Below are positions 62,309 to 64,000 of a stretch of DNA of 64,000 bases, one piece after another. The position numbers were made by a program, and so were the translations under genes. The stretch covers positions 1,253 to 65,252 of the forward strand of contig DAHXMM010000028.1 of NCBI GenBank assembly GCA_027371715.1. Direction: 5' to 3'. The notes beneath the pieces were generated by a model. The model was given only the letters and a program-made list of their open reading frames with translations. It searched no databases and had not been told where the DNA came from. The stretch is from Elusimicrobiota bacterium (GTDB lineage: Bacteria > Elusimicrobiota > Elusimicrobia > UBA1565 > UBA9628). Each line of letters begins with the position of its first letter. The first letter of the stretch is position 1.

Positions 62309-63961
62309 CTAGGCGGCCGCGCGAATTTTAGATAAGTCCTCGATGAGTTTGCCCGCCCAGGCGTATACGTTTTGCTCTTTAAGAGTTTGCCTCATCATCT
62401 TCATCCGTCTTTCTTGTTCTTCTTTGGGCATTTCTAAAGCGTAGCGAATAGAATCGGCCAATTGTTCCGCGTCATAGGGATTAACCAAAAGAGCATCACG
62501 CAGTTCCCGAGAGGCTCCGGTAAAACGGCTGAGAATGAGAACCCCCGCCTCATCATCCCTGGAGGCGACAAATTCTTTGGCTACCAAATTCATCCCATCA
62601 TGCAAGGAGGTAACCAGGCAAATATCAGCAGCCCTGTAAAAAGGCGCTATTTCCTCATGACTATGGTGTTTCTCAATAAAAACAATCGGCTTCCAGGTTT
62701 TTTCTTCTTTGGTCTTAAATTTCCAGTTAATTCTTTCCGCCTCGGCTTCAAGCTCCATCGCGAGATCATGATAGCGCTTGATATGAGTGCGGCTGGGAGC
62801 CCCAATTTCGACCAGTGTAAACTTTCCCACATACTGGGGATACTTTTCCAAGAATCTCTCTACTCCATGAAAACGCTCGGCAATTCCCTTGGTGTAGTCG
62901 ATACGGTCAACCCCGACCGCGAAAAAATCTCCCGCGATTCCCATTTCCTTGAGCAAGGTTTCCTTGGAAGGAAATTCCACCGGATGAGGATTATGCGGCA
63001 AGGGAAAAGCGATAGAGATGGGGTAAGGCTTAACCTGGGTCAAATGACCGTCTCTCTGGACGGCAAAACGCTCCCAATCAATGCGAGACTCAAGGCTCGC
63101 GTCCACGGTCTCCAGGAAATTATTGCAGTGAAACTGCGTGTGAAAGCCCATGAGATCGGCCCCCAACATTCCATGCAGGATATCTCTTTGCCAAGGACAT
63201 ATTCCGAAAGCCTCGGGGTTCGGCCAAGGGATATGCCAGAAAATGGCGATGCGGGCATCCGGGCGAGCCTCTTTAATCATTCTGGGGAGTAAAGCAAAAT
63301 GATAGTCCTGAATCAAAACAACCGGCTCGGAAGAAGATTCCATTTCTACTCAAAGAGATTGGGCAAATCTTTCATTGACGTCTTTGTATTGTTTCCAATC
63401 TTCCGCGCGAAAAATAGGGCGGGTGTGCGCGATATGACACAAGGGCCAGAGACCTTCGTTTGAAAACCCGTAATAATATCCCTCTTCTTCCTCTTTACTC
63501 AACCAAAGTCTTTTAAGCGTGTATTGCGAAGATTCAGGCGGAACAGAAATTTTTCCTTGTTCATCGGAAGTTTCCTTATCCGCATCTCCCGAGGCTTGGG
63601 CCAACCATAAGCCGCCACAGGCAAGCAAAATAGGCTCAATTCCAGTGACCAATCCGCTGGCCGGGGTAACGACCTCTATTTTGCGTCCACGCCGGACATG
63701 CATATACGGCTCCCGGTTAGCGACCACAAAAAGAGGCTTGGAGCCGAGCTTATTTTTAACATGCTCCCGCAAGAGTTCCGGAGTCCATATCGATTCCGCG
63801 TTTTGCCTGAGTTTGGCTTCGGTTTCCGCCGCTTTCCGCGCGGAAATGAGGCTACGGGCTAAACTTTCAGCTTCCGAAGCCAGAGGCGTAAAAAGGCTTG
63901 AGGGAACCGCCGGAGGTTCTGAGGAGTCTTCCGTCCTTAAACGCCTCATCCATTCCGCCAT
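62309..63961 (-). pseudogene. otsA: Trehalose-6-phosphate synthase (GT20) interrupted by one in-frame TGA
   Basis: ORF 63350-63961 carries the OtsA N-terminal motifs LFVVANREPY and YYYGFSNEGLWPLCH. ORF 62309-63343 continues with VVLIQDYHFALLP..., FWHIPWP, GADLMGFHT and the C-terminal domain. The two are in the same frame: ...FAQSL-TGA-VE-MESSSEP..., with the TGA at 63352-63350. Confidence 0.8.
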
Positions 63962-64000
63962 TTGCGTAATGGGAGCTTTTAAATTCCACCGAATAATCCA

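Noticed and set aside
63300-63352. Selenocysteine or recoded UGA in otsA.
   Set aside because: Downstream of the UGA there are only weak stems (GGAA-tcttc-TTCC; GAATC...GATTC with a 21-nt loop), nothing like a bacterial SECIS. The position is a variable linker, not a redox site, and TGA terminates several other genes here.

Overview
Gene-dense 64-kb window, roughly 50% GC by eye. It probably comes from a diderm, likely uncultivated bacterium. That is an inference from gene content only: H+-PPase, TatT-type TRAP transporter, DUF2723, SWIB, FlgD/T9SS-like C-terminal sorting domain, PilT. I call about 55 CDS, mostly on the minus strand, often joined by 4-nt ATGA/GTGA/TTGA overlaps. All family calls come from motifs read in the supplied translations, not from searches.

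Layout, left to right:
- secD (partial), yajC and hppA, then an OMP and pepN.
- A secreted PLD-like protein and a LOG-family protein.
- A TPR-associated TRAP transporter (tatT-dctP-dctQ-dctM).
- A giant TPR protein.
- A small accessory patch at 21.1-27.3 kb: AbrB/RelE-like TA pair, ORF6N, a low-complexity membrane protein, an ankyrin-caspase and a DUF4143 ATPase.
- rfbC and a KamA-family radical SAM gene.
- Two large secreted or membrane proteins, one of them a HAD-phosphatase/PQ-loop fusion.
- dusB and an orphan histidine kinase.
- A beta-oxidation-like block: ACAD, two DUF35/thiolase-like pairs and a MaoC hydratase. A plus-strand tRNA-Val and a possible small RNA unit interrupt it.
- A protease and outer-membrane cluster: S8 subtilase, an M36/M4-like metalloprotease with a sorting-type C-terminal domain, and two PorV/FadL-like barrels.
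- pilT, then a mixed pyr/pur operon (pyrC-pyrD-sORF-pyrF-pyrE-purM-purN::purH).
- A 156-bp MITE, and an otsA gene interrupted by one in-frame TGA.

No rRNA, CRISPR array, transposase, integrase or reverse transcriptase was seen. The most unusual items:
- the MITE family, whose CTAG target supplies stop codons to neighbouring genes;
- a short DNA segment reused in frame in two adjacent genes;
- the compositionally mosaic membrane-protein/ankyrin-caspase pair;
- the HAD::PQ-loop and PurN::PurH fusions;
- the Cys-less thiolase-like/DUF35 module.
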